Counted from the stretch's first letter, positions 46,301 to 58,400 are shown. The stretch: DNA of 64,000 nucleotides from Ascoidea asiatica JCM 7603 (GCA_001600695.1 BCKQ01000004.1:951489-1015488), one strand, 5' to 3'. The notes: generated by a model not told the origin, from the sequence alone. Numbers and translations are program-made.

Positions 46301-46517
46301 GTAAAGATTTTAATAATTTTCCTAAAAATGAAATATAATCTGCCCATTCAGTTGCAGAATCAAATATAGAAAGTGATTTATCTAAAGAAGCTAAATATTT
46401 TCTATCTTTTGAATCTAAATGAGCTTTATCCAATTCATCATCAGTTAATTTCACATGAGATCTAAAAGGAATTGATTTTAATATACTCTTTGATTTTTCA
46501 TTAGTAGAAGGCATCAT
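40386..46517 (-). CDS. DOP1: Dopey-family Golgi/endosome trafficking protein
   Basis: Dopey_N motifs EWADYISFLGKLLKSLQ, LAQCLSPNLPSGVHRK, LVQRGFFDLL and VLRKDMSLNRRLWNWLLGP. Confidence 0.95.
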   Translation of the reverse strand: MMPSTNEKSKSILKSIPFRSHVKLTDDELDKAHLDSKDRKYLASLDKSLSIFDSATEWADYISFLGKLLKSLQAHSREKWIPNSYSFEISRKLAQCLSPNLPSGVHRKSIELYSYIFNLIGIEKLSQQVSIWIPGLLPLISFASISVKPSIIELFENYIITIQPYYLKIMIKALLSSLLPAIDDESSECFNEALGLIDSLKKNLNDDCCFWQSIYLIIITNPDRRLGALVWCNKRLPYFNSMKISNDPPLTTTKDTKDSKDTSDIKTILTPTLMAIKEDKLKLDSSNISSNKIMKDKILNSLSAEARACINPETGLLIRIFSKGLRDENILVQRGFFDLLVSRLELRSDILQHLALKTDVEKLIMAASSTVLRKDMSLNRRLWNWLLGPEALDTSLLARRSSLPLSKLQNNLQSGSNDLQTPITPTGTAKTKNRIDYFKKFGMNYLISGLLKLIKGNENNQRFAIPLYKQKIQAYKICLAIMDKWEIGSLIIPKIFIPCLISVEKTYEQLNSPIGDINNENTTQDLQFNEVLKSASALFDNVEPINIWSDLFKLINTNRLKSVQFCLNHFNVSDEEMIIHHLPLTLFLLLLKRIYNDDYILISDANNSSQKENNSTKKQLYQPSTSIVCNSKNVSLSDNKSFDIYEWYNLVKTIISLIPQRAFLPAEHAHNKSLYKLFNNQKSNLTEKDLIKASDEIFEQFSIESFNIISHYYSKMNDDESKLEMFNPEILGFQYNYNYNDNDDISPPLPSSDLSLMISNASTLLVWKCLRARKDVCYYYCDLLSDILEKIPMTASDSSAWTNDILLQELIGLDNLTKSSENSLIESNPIEEVLNDSIDDFEMSTEIDINSISEMIYGLSISSTKEPSKLEKKSILDLNYVSISFGFANIFNEVVKNISLKLKNELLVILISLLWNCMLDCSGRYQVESVKHILNLELGVDAHAIESVLSLLFIKSNRQDRLTAFSVLWNHTANLTGNSVTTDIILARPLQLVLDDLTDCGSPDYLIASNAILSIVNSGSANRFYKMITVPLAKTEFLKYVDKELTLIDDIDLYCYQVETIINVLNVNTSLMIPTFSNELTVLDEELQSQILDDNLSEKLDISTYKNLVIATLISFLSTELDKNILTVNSTSDSFTKALRCSLKLLEILLNGKEKSFNMIPPLLLKISFKYFKKLNSSSSCPVFDYILVSFLNLISYSLKIAYTQKIRLDMFSVEDASSYLLLRNQEEIENSDSINFLPYLIYSLKYTNNAILIKHWSSLLSDSTAYFGDSIAQVITPLTECICAKIRELFEGMVQCFGEEDEKAKIDKTKTSLRYDFDDSVALLMNALEDILSFAHIYISSSEAKMVTAKPQSNDPGFFGTVISGVFAVETPMARTAEENKKLVIIYCFQEASKICMEIWSWSEKKTHWQLFNSKTLNSYSNKYNSKNDINLIKSMNYHVSKIKFRSKKLLEKLYLLQPLEILQTLMVRDNIFASSVFKILHVLDGGRPQLTIPNIFNLINIKLNPDIVPSKYKMTIQLAVNDSLNEKTLCQFLVEYLKSLENSAVEDIWLESISFLKEIYNSSTLYVNILPFALLFNGVLGEKLSRSKFGEQRRVRREISDLFLKLLSLNVSSRITISPNAIQEAMSTSPLSPQSIKTNGTTTTSYKNSSFSLSSGVSSAITEKIGSPKANSELLQDDVCKAIQTILPHLYIIIQENDKITTALTSIILNIVTPALKSKAFPNLPSYMIDLIVDLSSVAQSVKTWKLTIYDIFSDPNFFSISVNSTISWNQIIRNWISSDKDKMLELVSKIQSHGASSTALFSWNETEIYSKILKIQRVIYLIIISPKDSYILILKDLMSKLQDISSVSDTLQAEIFLCLRAILLKFSETHLTSYWTFIITSLHKSFQSVLDCTEEEFNSINLNNLLSSCKLLDLLLCLNYEDFNLNEWIFISDIIGADYSTSDNSMFGLIDRISNLSFFKIGLSTQDIRKINMETDINEKDEIDKLRKPSLFGYKKIENVSSLKPFFDSLSLINFEKIYALSIPDIEACEQDIYNDLFDM

Positions 46518-47012
46518 CTACAAGAAGTCATCTACAATATTCAATTCTTTAAACTAGTAATGATTCTTTAATTATGTATCTATCTATCAATTATATACCA
46601 ATTGTTTCTTCACCACTTCTTGACTTGATTCTATCTTTATTACTCGAATATCTTATCTTAAATCTATATATTTATCTATCTATCTATCTAACCTATGTAG
46701 ATCATCAACTATCATTATCAATTATCACTATCAATTACCATCACCATTAATAAACACCATGTCAAACAGTTCTCTTAACAATCACTCGACTGTTGGCTGT
46801 GAATAAAGTTCGCATTTTCGTTCTTTTTGCAGGACTCCAAATCCCGGATGTGGCTTATTCAGGCAAGCCTCTCAGATAGTGTAAACATACCAGCCACTAT
46901 ATTCCCAATTCGGATTTGATCTCAGTTTATACCCTTTTTATTGATATCTATTGAAATTTATTGACATTTATTGATATTTATACACTGAAATAATACAAAA
47001 TTACCATGATTA

Positions 47013-47972
47013 TTATGAATTTTCATAACAGATTTTATCAATGGTCTTGAAAATTTTCTTTAGATCATCTCTTGGTAATAAGAACCATTCAGTATGTAGT
47101 TTATATTCTTTACTATTAAGATCTTTTTTCAATCCACAATTTTCACAATATAAATTAACTCTACCATATTTCTCTCTTAAATTTTCATGAATTAAAACTT
47201 CTATTTTACTTAAATTCTTGGAGCAATAATAACCTTTAACTTGAGAATTATAATTTTTAAATTTCATTACATTTAAAAAATTTATATAATTTTTAGTATC
47301 TGAATCTTTCAGATTATTTGAATTATTTGAGTCATTAAAATTTAATAATTTGAAACTTTTATTTAAGAATTTCAAAGAAGTTTCAAATGATAAAGGTTCA
47401 ACAATTTTTAAATCTGTCTTACATTGATTTTCCCATTGTTTAATTCTTTTTTGTATAGTTTGAGTTGTTAAGCCAATTTTTAAAAGTATATGAAATTTTG
47501 GATTAAAACTTTCCCAATTTAAAGATTTTTTATTTTGAATTTGAATCCAATTTTCTTTATTTGGTTTTGAAGAAAGTAAATGTTTTAATGTATAGATATA
47601 AATGAATCCTTCTTGATTTGTATTTGTATTATCAGGTATAAAATTATTTGGTTTATGAGAAAGTTTTATATTATATTCTTGTTTTGTATATGTTGTGCTA
47701 GTAGTAGTACTCGTACTAGTATTTGTTCCGGTAGTTGAATTAATTTGAGAAAATTCTAATTTTTGAAGCTTTTGAGCAGCAGAATTCATTAATGAATTCT
47801 TCGAGAATTTTATCTTATTATCCACATTACTTATATTATTATTTAATTTCATTTTTGTTGATTGATTAAAATTTATATTTTGAGAATTATGATATCGACA
47901 ATAATTTCCATCTTGAACAGTTATTTTACATCGTTCATTTTTCTTAGTTATTCCATGACATTGAACAGACAT
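47013..47972 (-). CDS. T5orf172/MUG113 (GIY-YIG-like) domain protein with N-terminal C3H zinc finger
   Basis: QCHGITKKNERC..YCRYH; GFIYIY..LLKIGLT..IQKRIKQWENQC..KIEVLIHENL..CENCG..HTEWF. Confidence 0.82.
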   Translation of the reverse strand: MSVQCHGITKKNERCKITVQDGNYCRYHNSQNINFNQSTKMKLNNNISNVDNKIKFSKNSLMNSAAQKLQKLEFSQINSTTGTNTSTSTTTSTTYTKQEYNIKLSHKPNNFIPDNTNTNQEGFIYIYTLKHLLSSKPNKENWIQIQNKKSLNWESFNPKFHILLKIGLTTQTIQKRIKQWENQCKTDLKIVEPLSFETSLKFLNKSFKLLNFNDSNNSNNLKDSDTKNYINFLNVMKFKNYNSQVKGYYCSKNLSKIEVLIHENLREKYGRVNLYCENCGLKKDLNSKEYKLHTEWFLLPRDDLKKIFKTIDKICYENS

Positions 47973-48364
47973 TATTTATTTCAAAGATATTTCAATATAA
48001 ATCTTGATTCAAGGACAAAGTAAAATATAATGGAATATGAAAATCTAAATCTTATATATTTCTTGAAATATGAACATTTTCAAAAAGAATTATTTTTGAA
48101 TGTTTTTGAATTAATTAATATTTAAACTGGGTCGAGTCTTTTTTAGATTTCTACCGCTTTTAGCCTTATTTCATTTCATTTCATTTGTTTACCTTTTAAT
48201 AAAGAAATTAGAATAAGTTTATTAGAAAATTGGAAAGAATTAGCTACTGTAAACTGTAAAATATTGTCATGAGTCTTGAATATATTATATATTATATATT
48301 ATATATTATATGTTATATAAAGTTCTATGTACAAATATTTCAAAATTTCAAAAAATTGCTTTGA

Positions 48365-49177
48365 TTATTTTCGATTTGGTAATTTCTTTTGTTGATAACC
48401 TTTTGGAGGTTGAAATTCCCAAATATCCTTTTTTGAATCTAAATTTTTTGAATCTAAATCTGATTCAGGTGGTGGTGGTATATTTAATTTTGAATGAGCA
48501 ATAGTTGGTAAAGTTTTTGTGAATAAATTTTTCATTGGAAGTATAAAAATTCTTGTGAACCAAGGCATTAATAAAATTGAACAAAATGCTCTAATTGGAG
48601 CTAAAAAATTCATAATTGCAAAAGCTTTTGCACCTTCATTAATTATAATAATTTTTTCATCATTTGTAAAAGAATCTGAAATTGAACTTGAATTTATTGA
48701 TTTATTTATAATTTCATTACCTTTTTCAATCATTGATTCAGGTAATTGAAAATCTGGTAAATAATTATATTTATGAAATATATACCATAACCCAAATAAT
48801 GGTATAATTGCCGAGAGTTCATGTAATATTAAAAATCCAGTTATATGAGAAAATGGAGCTTGAATAAATCTATGAATATATTTTCTTAAGAATTTTGGAA
48901 ATTTTAAAAGAAATGGATCTTTTGGATTAAATTCTTTTGAAGTTGTTGTTGGTGATTTTGAATTCAATGTTGAATTTAATAATTTTGAATCAATTTTTGA
49001 TTTTGATAATTTATCAATACTTGAAGTTGAATAAAATCTTGGTGGAGTTTTTATTATTCCATGCGAAGTAATATCTCGATAGACATTTCCAGATCTGAAA
49101 TGAATCCCTATGGAATTTCTTATATTTATGCTTTTATTTACAAATCCAGTTCTCTTAAACAATGTTCTAAGTAACAT
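48365..49177 (-). CDS. MRX11: Mitochondrial MIOREX component (FLILHELTA family)
   Basis: PFSHITGFLILHELSAIIPL, with an R/K/S-rich presequence-like N-terminus. Confidence 0.85.
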   Translation of the reverse strand: MLLRTLFKRTGFVNKSINIRNSIGIHFRSGNVYRDITSHGIIKTPPRFYSTSSIDKLSKSKIDSKLLNSTLNSKSPTTTSKEFNPKDPFLLKFPKFLRKYIHRFIQAPFSHITGFLILHELSAIIPLFGLWYIFHKYNYLPDFQLPESMIEKGNEIINKSINSSSISDSFTNDEKIIIINEGAKAFAIMNFLAPIRAFCSILLMPWFTRIFILPMKNLFTKTLPTIAHSKLNIPPPPESDLDSKNLDSKKDIWEFQPPKGYQQKKLPNRK

Positions 49178-49526
49178 CTTTTCTTGATAATATATTCTAT
49201 TCTTCTATTGATCATTTGAATATTGATTATTTAATTACTTATTCAATTACTTAATAATCCTTTAACCACCTTTCATTCATTCATTCATTCATTTAATGAT
49301 CAATTGCAAATTAAAATCAAACTCGATTCAAAACCAGCACGGCGGATCTGATATTTTGTTTGTGTTTGCCGAGAAAAAAATCAAATTTTTCAAAAAGAAT
49401 CTGCGAATTTTGGGAATTGAAATATTTTGGCGTTGAAGCTGAAATTGAAGTTGAAGAGTGAAAGAAGAATCAGAAGTAGAAACTATTTGGAAAGAGATTA
49501 TAAAGTCAGAGCAAAGTTTATAGTAG

Positions 49527-50459
<933 letters not shown>

Positions 50460-50669
50460 CACAATAAATGCAATATTCTCTACAATTACCTTCTTTTTTG
50501 TAAGCACTTCCTGAGCGCGGCTTCTCATTGGCCAAAACTGCGCTCAGCTCCGAATATTTTTTATCGCTAGGAAAAAGATTGAAAATTTTGTAGAAATATT
50601 GATGAAAAGAATCCATTAATTAGAATATAGAAGAAATACATATATTATATTATATCATATAAAGCAATT

Positions 50670-51815
50670 ATGAGAATAGTGAGAACCATGTCAACAAAAA
50701 TAATGAAAGAAATAAACTTAGGAAAAACTGCAGATATGCATGTTCATCTAAGAGATGGAGAAATGATGAAATTAATTACTCCAACTATTAAACAAGGTGG
50801 AATATCAATAGCTTATATTATGCCAAATTTAGTACCTCCAATAACAACAATTGAAAAAGTAATTGAATATAAAAAAAATTTAGAACAAATTTCTCCAGAA
50901 ACAACATTTTTAATGACTTTTTATTTATCAAAAGATTTAACTCCAGAATTAATTCAAAAAGCTGCAGATTTAAAAGTAATTAAAGGTATAAAATGTTATC
51001 CAGCTGGTGTAACTACAAATTCAAGTAAAGGTGTTGATCCAAATGATTTTACTGCTTTCTATCCAATTTTTAAAGTTATGGAAAAAAATAATTTAATTTT
51101 AAACTTACATGGTGAAAAACCTTCAATTGAAAGTGAATTTAATAATAATAATAATGAAAATGAAAATGAAAATAATGATGATGAAATTCATGTATTGAAT
51201 GCAGAACCTAAATTTTTACCAGCTTTATTCAAATTACATAAAGATTTTCCAAATTTAAAAATTGTTTTAGAACATTGTACAACAAAAGCTGCAATTGATG
51301 CAATTTTAAAAATTAATAGTGATAATATTGCAGGTTCAATAACTGCTCATCATTTATATCTTACAATTGATAATTGGGCAGGAAATCCAATAAATTTTTG
51401 TAAACCAGTTGCAAAATTACCAATTGATAAAAGATCTTTAATTAAAGCTGCAATTTCTGGTAATTCTCATTTTTTTTTCGGTTCTGATTCTGCTCCACAT
51501 CCAATTTCAAATAAATCAAAACTTATGAATGTTTGTGCTGGAGTTTATACTCAATCTCATTCAATTAGTTATTTAGCAGAAATTTTTGATAAACAAAATT
51601 CTTTAGATAAATTAAAAGGTTTTGTTTCTGATTTTGGTAAAAAATTTTATAATATTAATGATAATGATATTATTTCAAAAAAAAATGTTATTTTATATAA
51701 ACAAGAAACTAAAATTCCAGAATTGATTAAAAATGATTTAATTGGTAATAAAGATTTAGTTGTAGCTCCATTTAAAGCAGGTGAAACATTAAATTGGTCT
51801 GTTAAATGGGAATAA
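50670..51815 (+). CDS. URA4: Dihydroorotase
   Basis: DMHVHLRDG, IMPNLVPP, KCYPAGVTTNS, LHGE, VLEHCTT and FGSDSAPH. Confidence 0.96.
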   Translation: MRIVRTMSTKIMKEINLGKTADMHVHLRDGEMMKLITPTIKQGGISIAYIMPNLVPPITTIEKVIEYKKNLEQISPETTFLMTFYLSKDLTPELIQKAADLKVIKGIKCYPAGVTTNSSKGVDPNDFTAFYPIFKVMEKNNLILNLHGEKPSIESEFNNNNNENENENNDDEIHVLNAEPKFLPALFKLHKDFPNLKIVLEHCTTKAAIDAILKINSDNIAGSITAHHLYLTIDNWAGNPINFCKPVAKLPIDKRSLIKAAISGNSHFFFGSDSAPHPISNKSKLMNVCAGVYTQSHSISYLAEIFDKQNSLDKLKGFVSDFGKKFYNINDNDIISKKNVILYKQETKIPELIKNDLIGNKDLVVAPFKAGETLNWSVKWE

Positions 51816-52722
51816 GTTAAAATTAATAAATTTATTTGTTTATTCAAGTATTCAAAAGTTATATAAATTCAAACGAAAGACAAAACCGAAAGTAGAAATC
51901 TAACACTTTTTTTTTTATATATTCAGCCGGATATCATTTATATAGTTTTTAAATATCTTATAGATCTTATTTACATGCTTTTAGTTTTTTTTTATTTTTA
52001 TTTTTTTCAAAAATTCAAATTTCATATTCAAACTTATATTCTTTTAGCTTCTTATTTTTCACATTTTTTAGATAATTTAATTAAATATATTCCTAATATT
52101 CATTTACCATATGCCAACACCCCGAAAAGAATCAAAAAATATTTGAGAAATTATTAATGAAAATAGAAGGATTTATTAGTAAAGTTCAAATGAGAAGAAA
52201 AAAAATTAATTAACTTTAACTAGAATATATTAAATTACAAAATAAGAATAAAATAATATAAGAACATAGGAATATAATAATATAATAATATAGTAATATA
52301 ATGATAATAATATAAGAATATAAGCATATAAGAAAATAAGCAAAAAAAAAGTAAACAACATTGAAAAAAATGAAATTATATATAAGTAAATAAAAAAGTA
52401 AAAATAATAATGCAAGTGAAATTATTATTAAATTGTACAATCATTTAATCATTTAATCATTTAGTCATTTAATCATTTAAAGATAAGAATAATAAAAACA
52501 TAAGCATACATGAAACAAAAATATAAAAGTTAATATAATGAGAAATAAAAGAAAGGTAACTATTTTAAGTTAAGTTAATTATAGTAGAGAAAAAAAAATG
52601 AAAATTAAAAACATTTTAAGCTGAATAACTGAATATATTGTAACACAGGTCAAAATAAAAATTAAAAGTAATAGACCAAAGATTAACTTATGTAATTAAA
52701 TGAATTGATTAAATATAAAGTT

Positions 52723-54882
52723 TTAGTTAAAGTTATTTGAGTTAACCATATTTGTAGTTTCTAGAACATCGTTCATATTATTTAAATTAAAATCAAGGTT
52801 TGAGAAAGGCCCTAAAAAGGGATTAGGATTATTATTATTATTTAAGTTATTATTACCATCGACATCATTAATATCATTATTGTTCTTATTATCATTATTG
52901 ATAGTATTGTCAGTATTATTATTTAATTGACCTTTTTCTTTAACAGGGATATTATCAGGAATATATAAATTTGGAGAATTCAATTCAGGTGAAGAATCAT
53001 TACTATTTAATAATAAATTACCTAAATTAAGTCTTATATTAGTTGTAGGATTATTAAAGTTATTATTAAAATTATTACTGATATTAGTATTTGAAGAAGA
53101 TGAAAGTTTTTTCAAAGCAGAAGAAATACTAGAACTATGATTATGAGAGAAATGATTATTGTTAGAATGAGAATGAGAATGAGAGTGATTATGATTATTA
53201 TGATTATTGTGATTGTTGTGACTGAAATTATGAGATTTTTTAGTTATATGACCATTTGATAAAGTTCTAATTAATTTTGGACCACTTGAATTATTATTTA
53301 AAAATAAGGAATTATTATTTAAATTTAAAGAAGATGGAGAAGAAGATAAAATTGGATAAGCTAAAGAATTTGTTGGAGAATTTATTTGATCAAAAGAAGA
53401 ATTTAAAGGAGATAAAACTTTATTTAAAGAAATATTTGATTGAGGAATTGTATTTATACTTGAAATACTATTAGCTTTTTTCATTTCATTAATATTGGTG
53501 GAGGTAGAGTTATTATTGTTATTATTATTGTTATTATTTTCAGATAATAATTGAAAATCATTTATAAATGGATTATTAAAACCATTTTCAATATCAGATA
53601 AAGAGAAATTACCATTTAAAGCTGCAGAAACTAATTCTGCACCAGTTGTATAAGGACCTTTAATATTAAATTCATTATCATTTATATAGTTATTGTTATT
53701 GTTATTGTTATTAATATTATTATTCAAGAACTCATTATTGTTTATATTATTTATATTATTTATATTATTCATATTATTCATATTATTCATATTATTAATG
53801 GGGTCTAAATTATTAAAGAAATTATTTGCGGATAAAGTATTAGTAAAATCTACTAAGTTCATATTATTCAAGTTGTTTAATTTGTTTAAATTATTAATGT
53901 TATTTAGGTTATTATTATTATTATTATTATTATTATATTGATTGATGATATTATTATCTTGATTAATTTGATTATTTATTGGTATATTTGGTATATTTGA
54001 AATATTTTGTAAATTTGAGATATTTGAAATATTTGAAATATTTGAAGAATTAGTTGAAGTTGAAGATTCTGGAGAAACAGTTGAAATTGGAATATTATTA
54101 AAATTTGTTGATTCAGATTTAATTATATCATTATTATTATTATTAGAAATATTACCATTTTCAGAAATTTTTTGTAAATGATTTGAGAATAAATTTGAAG
54201 AATTTTTAATTGAATTTATATCATTATTTATAAAATTAGTTGCAATTTTTATACCATTATCCCATTCAATTGGTAAATCTTTTAATAAATTTTTTTCATT
54301 AATAAGATATTGAATAATATTATTTATTGAATTTTTATTTTTTTTAAAAAAAATTAAATCATTATTTAAATCATTATTTATAATATTATTATTATTATTA
54401 TTATTACTATTGGTAATTGTATTTGAAGTTGATAATTTTGAAATAAAATTAATTAAATTTGATAAAGATTTAGTTAAAAGATCTAATCTTGTTTCTAATA
54501 ATTCTACATAACCTTGAGGATAATTTTTATCTTTTGATCTTTTTTTTTGAGTAAAAGTACAAATTTTATTATCAATTTTACATTTATTACAAGGTTTTTT
54601 ACCATCACATTTTGTTTTTTTAATTCTACATGAATCACAAGCTTTTCCAACTCTTTTCTTTTTTATATTTAAATTTAATATATTATTATTTTCTTTCATT
54701 TCTTTATTGTCTTTATTGTCTTTATTGTCTTTATTGTCTTGGATGTCATTGGTATCTTGAATATTTTTTATATCATTAATATTTTTATCATCATTTTCAT
54801 CTTTTATAATTATATTATCTTTATCTTTAATATTCTGATTCTGGATATCATTATTATTATTATCTTGTATATTATCAATCAT
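52723..54882 (-). CDS. FCR1: Zn(II)2Cys6 transcription factor, FCR1-like, Asn-rich
   Basis: KACDSCRIKKTKCDGKKPCNKCKIDNKIC followed by YPQGYVELLETRLDLLTKS, as in the Candida Fcr1 family (from recall). Confidence 0.75.
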   Translation of the reverse strand: MIDNIQDNNNNDIQNQNIKDKDNIIIKDENDDKNINDIKNIQDTNDIQDNKDNKDNKDNKEMKENNNILNLNIKKKRVGKACDSCRIKKTKCDGKKPCNKCKIDNKICTFTQKKRSKDKNYPQGYVELLETRLDLLTKSLSNLINFISKLSTSNTITNSNNNNNNNIINNDLNNDLIFFKKNKNSINNIIQYLINEKNLLKDLPIEWDNGIKIATNFINNDINSIKNSSNLFSNHLQKISENGNISNNNNNDIIKSESTNFNNIPISTVSPESSTSTNSSNISNISNISNLQNISNIPNIPINNQINQDNNIINQYNNNNNNNNNLNNINNLNKLNNLNNMNLVDFTNTLSANNFFNNLDPINNMNNMNNMNNINNINNINNNEFLNNNINNNNNNNNYINDNEFNIKGPYTTGAELVSAALNGNFSLSDIENGFNNPFINDFQLLSENNNNNNNNNNSTSTNINEMKKANSISSINTIPQSNISLNKVLSPLNSSFDQINSPTNSLAYPILSSSPSSLNLNNNSLFLNNNSSGPKLIRTLSNGHITKKSHNFSHNNHNNHNNHNHSHSHSHSNNNHFSHNHSSSISSALKKLSSSSNTNISNNFNNNFNNPTTNIRLNLGNLLLNSNDSSPELNSPNLYIPDNIPVKEKGQLNNNTDNTINNDNKNNNDINDVDGNNNLNNNNNPNPFLGPFSNLDFNLNNMNDVLETTNMVNSNNFN

Positions 54883-56345
54883 TTTATTATTGTATTATAA
54901 TAGAATATATTATTATATTAGAGGGAGATATTTAAATGAGAGTGAAAAATAGCGCTTCGGATCGGATAAAAGTATCGGGAATTAAAATATATTAAGAATA
55001 AGGAATATATTATATTATATATATTATATATATTTGATATGAATTAGAGTAAAGATGATGATGGATTAAATGAAATGAAGGATAATTATAAATATTTATA
55101 TAATCCTAAAAATTGGATAAATTTATAATACTTGAGAGTTATTGAAGATATTTATATTTATATTTATATTTATATAATATTAATTGACGCGGTTTAATAA
55201 TCTTTAATCAATAATGAATAACTTTGAATAACTTTGAATAATATTGAATAATAATGAATAAATGAGAAATAAAGGAAAATGGAATATGTGAAATAAGTAA
55301 AAAAAGTAAAATAAGTTAAAAAGAGAAATGAAATAATTTAGATATTTAGAGATATTGAAGTATTTTATATAATTTGTAATCTTTTTAGTAATCAGTGAAT
55401 AATTAGAGTATATAGGAAAAAGTAATATTAGTATTACTATTACTATTAGTATTAGTAAGATTTTAGCGGATATAAATGAATAAGGTTATTACAATATTAT
55501 AAGATTGTTTATATACTTTTTGTAATAGCAATAAATTAATAATATTTAGCTATTAAGTATTAAGAGATTGAAAGAGATTGAAATTCATTTATTGATAAAT
55601 GAATGGAAATATCAAAGGAATAAAGTACAGTTTATATATTATATTATACTGGTTAATTGAATGTAGTTGAAGTATTTCAATATTTCATTAAATTTCAATT
55701 GTCAAAGTATGAAAGTATGAAAGTGATTAATTTAAAGTAATCGTAACAAAAGCAGTAATTGGTTTATTAAGCTTAAGTTTAAACATAAGTTTATGAAGCA
55801 AATAAATAGTTTATAACAAGTTTATTCCACTACGAAAGCATTCTCTTTTTCTCTTTCTTTTCTTTTCTTTTCTTTTCTCTCTCTTTTCTGTTTCTGGTTC
55901 TGTTTCTGTTTCGATCATTTTTTATTTGTTAAGTTACTTATTTGTAGCCTTCTTTATTTCTTTGTATTTCTTCTTCTTCTTCTTCTTGTTCTTGTTCTTG
56001 TTCTTGTCTGCGGTGATAAATGAGATAGATCTATTCAGTACAGTCTTGAATGGTGAGTGTTGTAAAGAGCACAAAGACAGAGAAATGTGGCGTGTAAGCG
56101 TATATTGAAGCAGTGGGCCTCTTGAGGAACCTTTGGAACCAGAACGTGTGACTTACTCTTTCCTAAATCTCGCCGCGAGGAGCACGTCTTCAACCCGCAG
56201 GAACTAGTTACTCTATTGCGGTGGTCGGAATCGGTTTTTTTCATTTTCATTTTCCTTTTCATTTTCCATTTTCATTTTTTCAATTTTTCATTTTATTTTC
56301 GTTGCTTTCACAAACTTCATCGGTTCTTCGACGGTTCTGTTCTTT

Positions 56346-56404
56346 TCCGTGGAGTGCATTGCTGCTTTCAGGGCGGTCCCCAGGATGCCCTTCTGAACCA
56401 CGGA
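56346..56404. promoter_or_regulatory. Two inverted PDRE-like sites (TCCGTGGA 56346-56353; CCACGGA 56398-56404) in a CG-rich island upstream of the FCR1-like gene
   Basis: Match to the Pdr1/Pdr3 response element TCCG(C/T)GGA. Confidence 0.4.
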
Positions 56405-58354
56405 GCTATTTAGCACTTCCCGCTCGTGGGGTCTGCATGCAAACGCAGACCAGTTACGTAAGCACAGCGTCGAGCGCATTTTTTTTTCGGGAAAAGGTGT
56501 CTATTTTATACTTCCGGCACCACCTTCACCCTACAACACTCTCTATGTTTTAGTAACCGCTTGAGACAATTATACTCCATTTGTTTTATCTCCGCACCGC
56601 ACCATTGCCAGACTTACTTTTTTAGGAGTTTATCTAAATAGATAAATAGAAATTTCTCTTAAATGTTGAACATTTTTAAAATTTTGTAAAACAGTTTTAA
56701 ATTTATAAAATATTCTTTTAAAAGATATTGGTTAAATTTCTGGTCCCTTGTCTTGGCACATCTGTACTTCATTTGGGTTTTTTGTCTTTTGTCTTTTGGT
56801 CAGCTGGCCCATGTCGGATCACGGAAGACGGCCTTCCCAGTGATTGTAGTTCGAACGAAAAAAAAATATCTAATTATTACTAAGAAGATATCTAAATCAA
56901 ATTATAAACAATTGTTAATTAAAATATAAAATATATAAAAATTATATAAAAAATATGGGAAGTAAGTGCCCTATTAATAATAGTGGAAACTAGGAGCGGG
57001 TAACCCATCTTAAGAATAAATTTGTAAATTTAGTATGTGCAAGTTCACTTCCCATACTTAAGAAAAGAAATAAAATTAAGTATTGTTCTACAAGACACTA
57101 CGTCATTCTAGGAAGAAACACGAAGATTCCAGTACATTCGAGATGTACACAGAACTTGGAAGAAAGAATAAAAGGATTAACAATCACCAGGGAAATCTTT
57201 TGCACTCCCCACCACAAGTTGTTCCGCTATTCTTATTTTACGTTACTAATTTTACGTTGGTAATTTTACGGTGCTTCAGCTGTAGAGCATAGCAGAGCAT
57301 ACATTTTTCCACCGCTATTCACTCCCAACCGTTCAATTTAATTCTTTGTCAACGGTGCCTTCCGCATCGGACCTTCTTTCGGATCCAGCTTCAATATTTT
57401 TTTTTATTTCTATTATCTCCGCCCGCTGGTTGAAAGCGGTCCGCTCTTTTTGACCGCCTTTGACCACCTTTGATCTTGAGGTGTGACTCGAGATCCAAGA
57501 AACTGGCTTTGCTTTTTTCCTCTTACTGACCACATCAAGCAAACGAATCCAACACATGACTGAAAACTATTCAAAAAAATTAACGTTACTTGCTTATCTT
57601 TCTTTCAATAACTGAAAATAAATTAAAATAAATTAAAATAAAATAAAAGAACTCAAATGAGCATATTCGAATAATTATCAAAATAAAGTCATTAAATTAG
57701 TTCAAAAATTACATTTAAAACTAAAGTAAGACAAGTAAAACATAAACGTAAACAAAAAATAACTCTTAAATTATTAATTTCAAGTCATGGATATAATCAT
57801 GGATAATGTAAGTGTTTCTGATCAAGATAATTTATAGAAAAATAAAATAATCTCAACCTAATGATCTAAAACAATTTAAAAATTTATTCTAATTGGGTCT
57901 CTAGTGACATTATTATGAATAACTTTAAATAAAATCAGCTTTAACCCATTATAAAATGATTAGTATCTTGTAAGATGAAGAAAAAAAAAGGAAAAGAATT
58001 TAAAAAAAAAAAATAAAAAAAATAATTTAATTTCATCTCTCTTTTATATTGATCTAATTCTTTCATCTTTCATCTCAGGGTAACTTCTTCTTTATATTTT
58101 TATTTAGGTAAACTTACCTTGTAAAGCAACAAATTAAAACAGGAATTGAAACCACGTTTATGGTTCTTGTTTTATGATTACGTAATTTATTACTTTCAAT
58201 TAATATTGTTATTATTGATATTATTGATATTATTGATATTATTGACATATTTGAAATATAATTAATTTATTTTATTTCATTAAACAACTATAATTATTAA
58301 CATATTATTATCTTAAACATAATACAAATAATGTAATATATATAAACATACTCA

Positions 58355-58400
58355 TATCATAATCATAATCATAATCATAATCATAATCATACATATCATA
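58355..58400. repeat. (ATCATA)n microsatellite just upstream of SWD1
   Basis: Visible tandem hexamer run. Confidence 0.75.

Noticed and set aside
55926-57557. Short ORFs within the CG islands upstream of FCR1
   Set aside because: Their composition is unlike the real genes in the window, they overlap on both strands, and they show no homology cues.
58110-58125. AAACTTACCTT resembling the 5' end of U1 snRNA
   Set aside because: The downstream sequence is AT-rich with no U1 stem-loops. It is better explained as a short AGGTAA/TTACCT inverted repeat.
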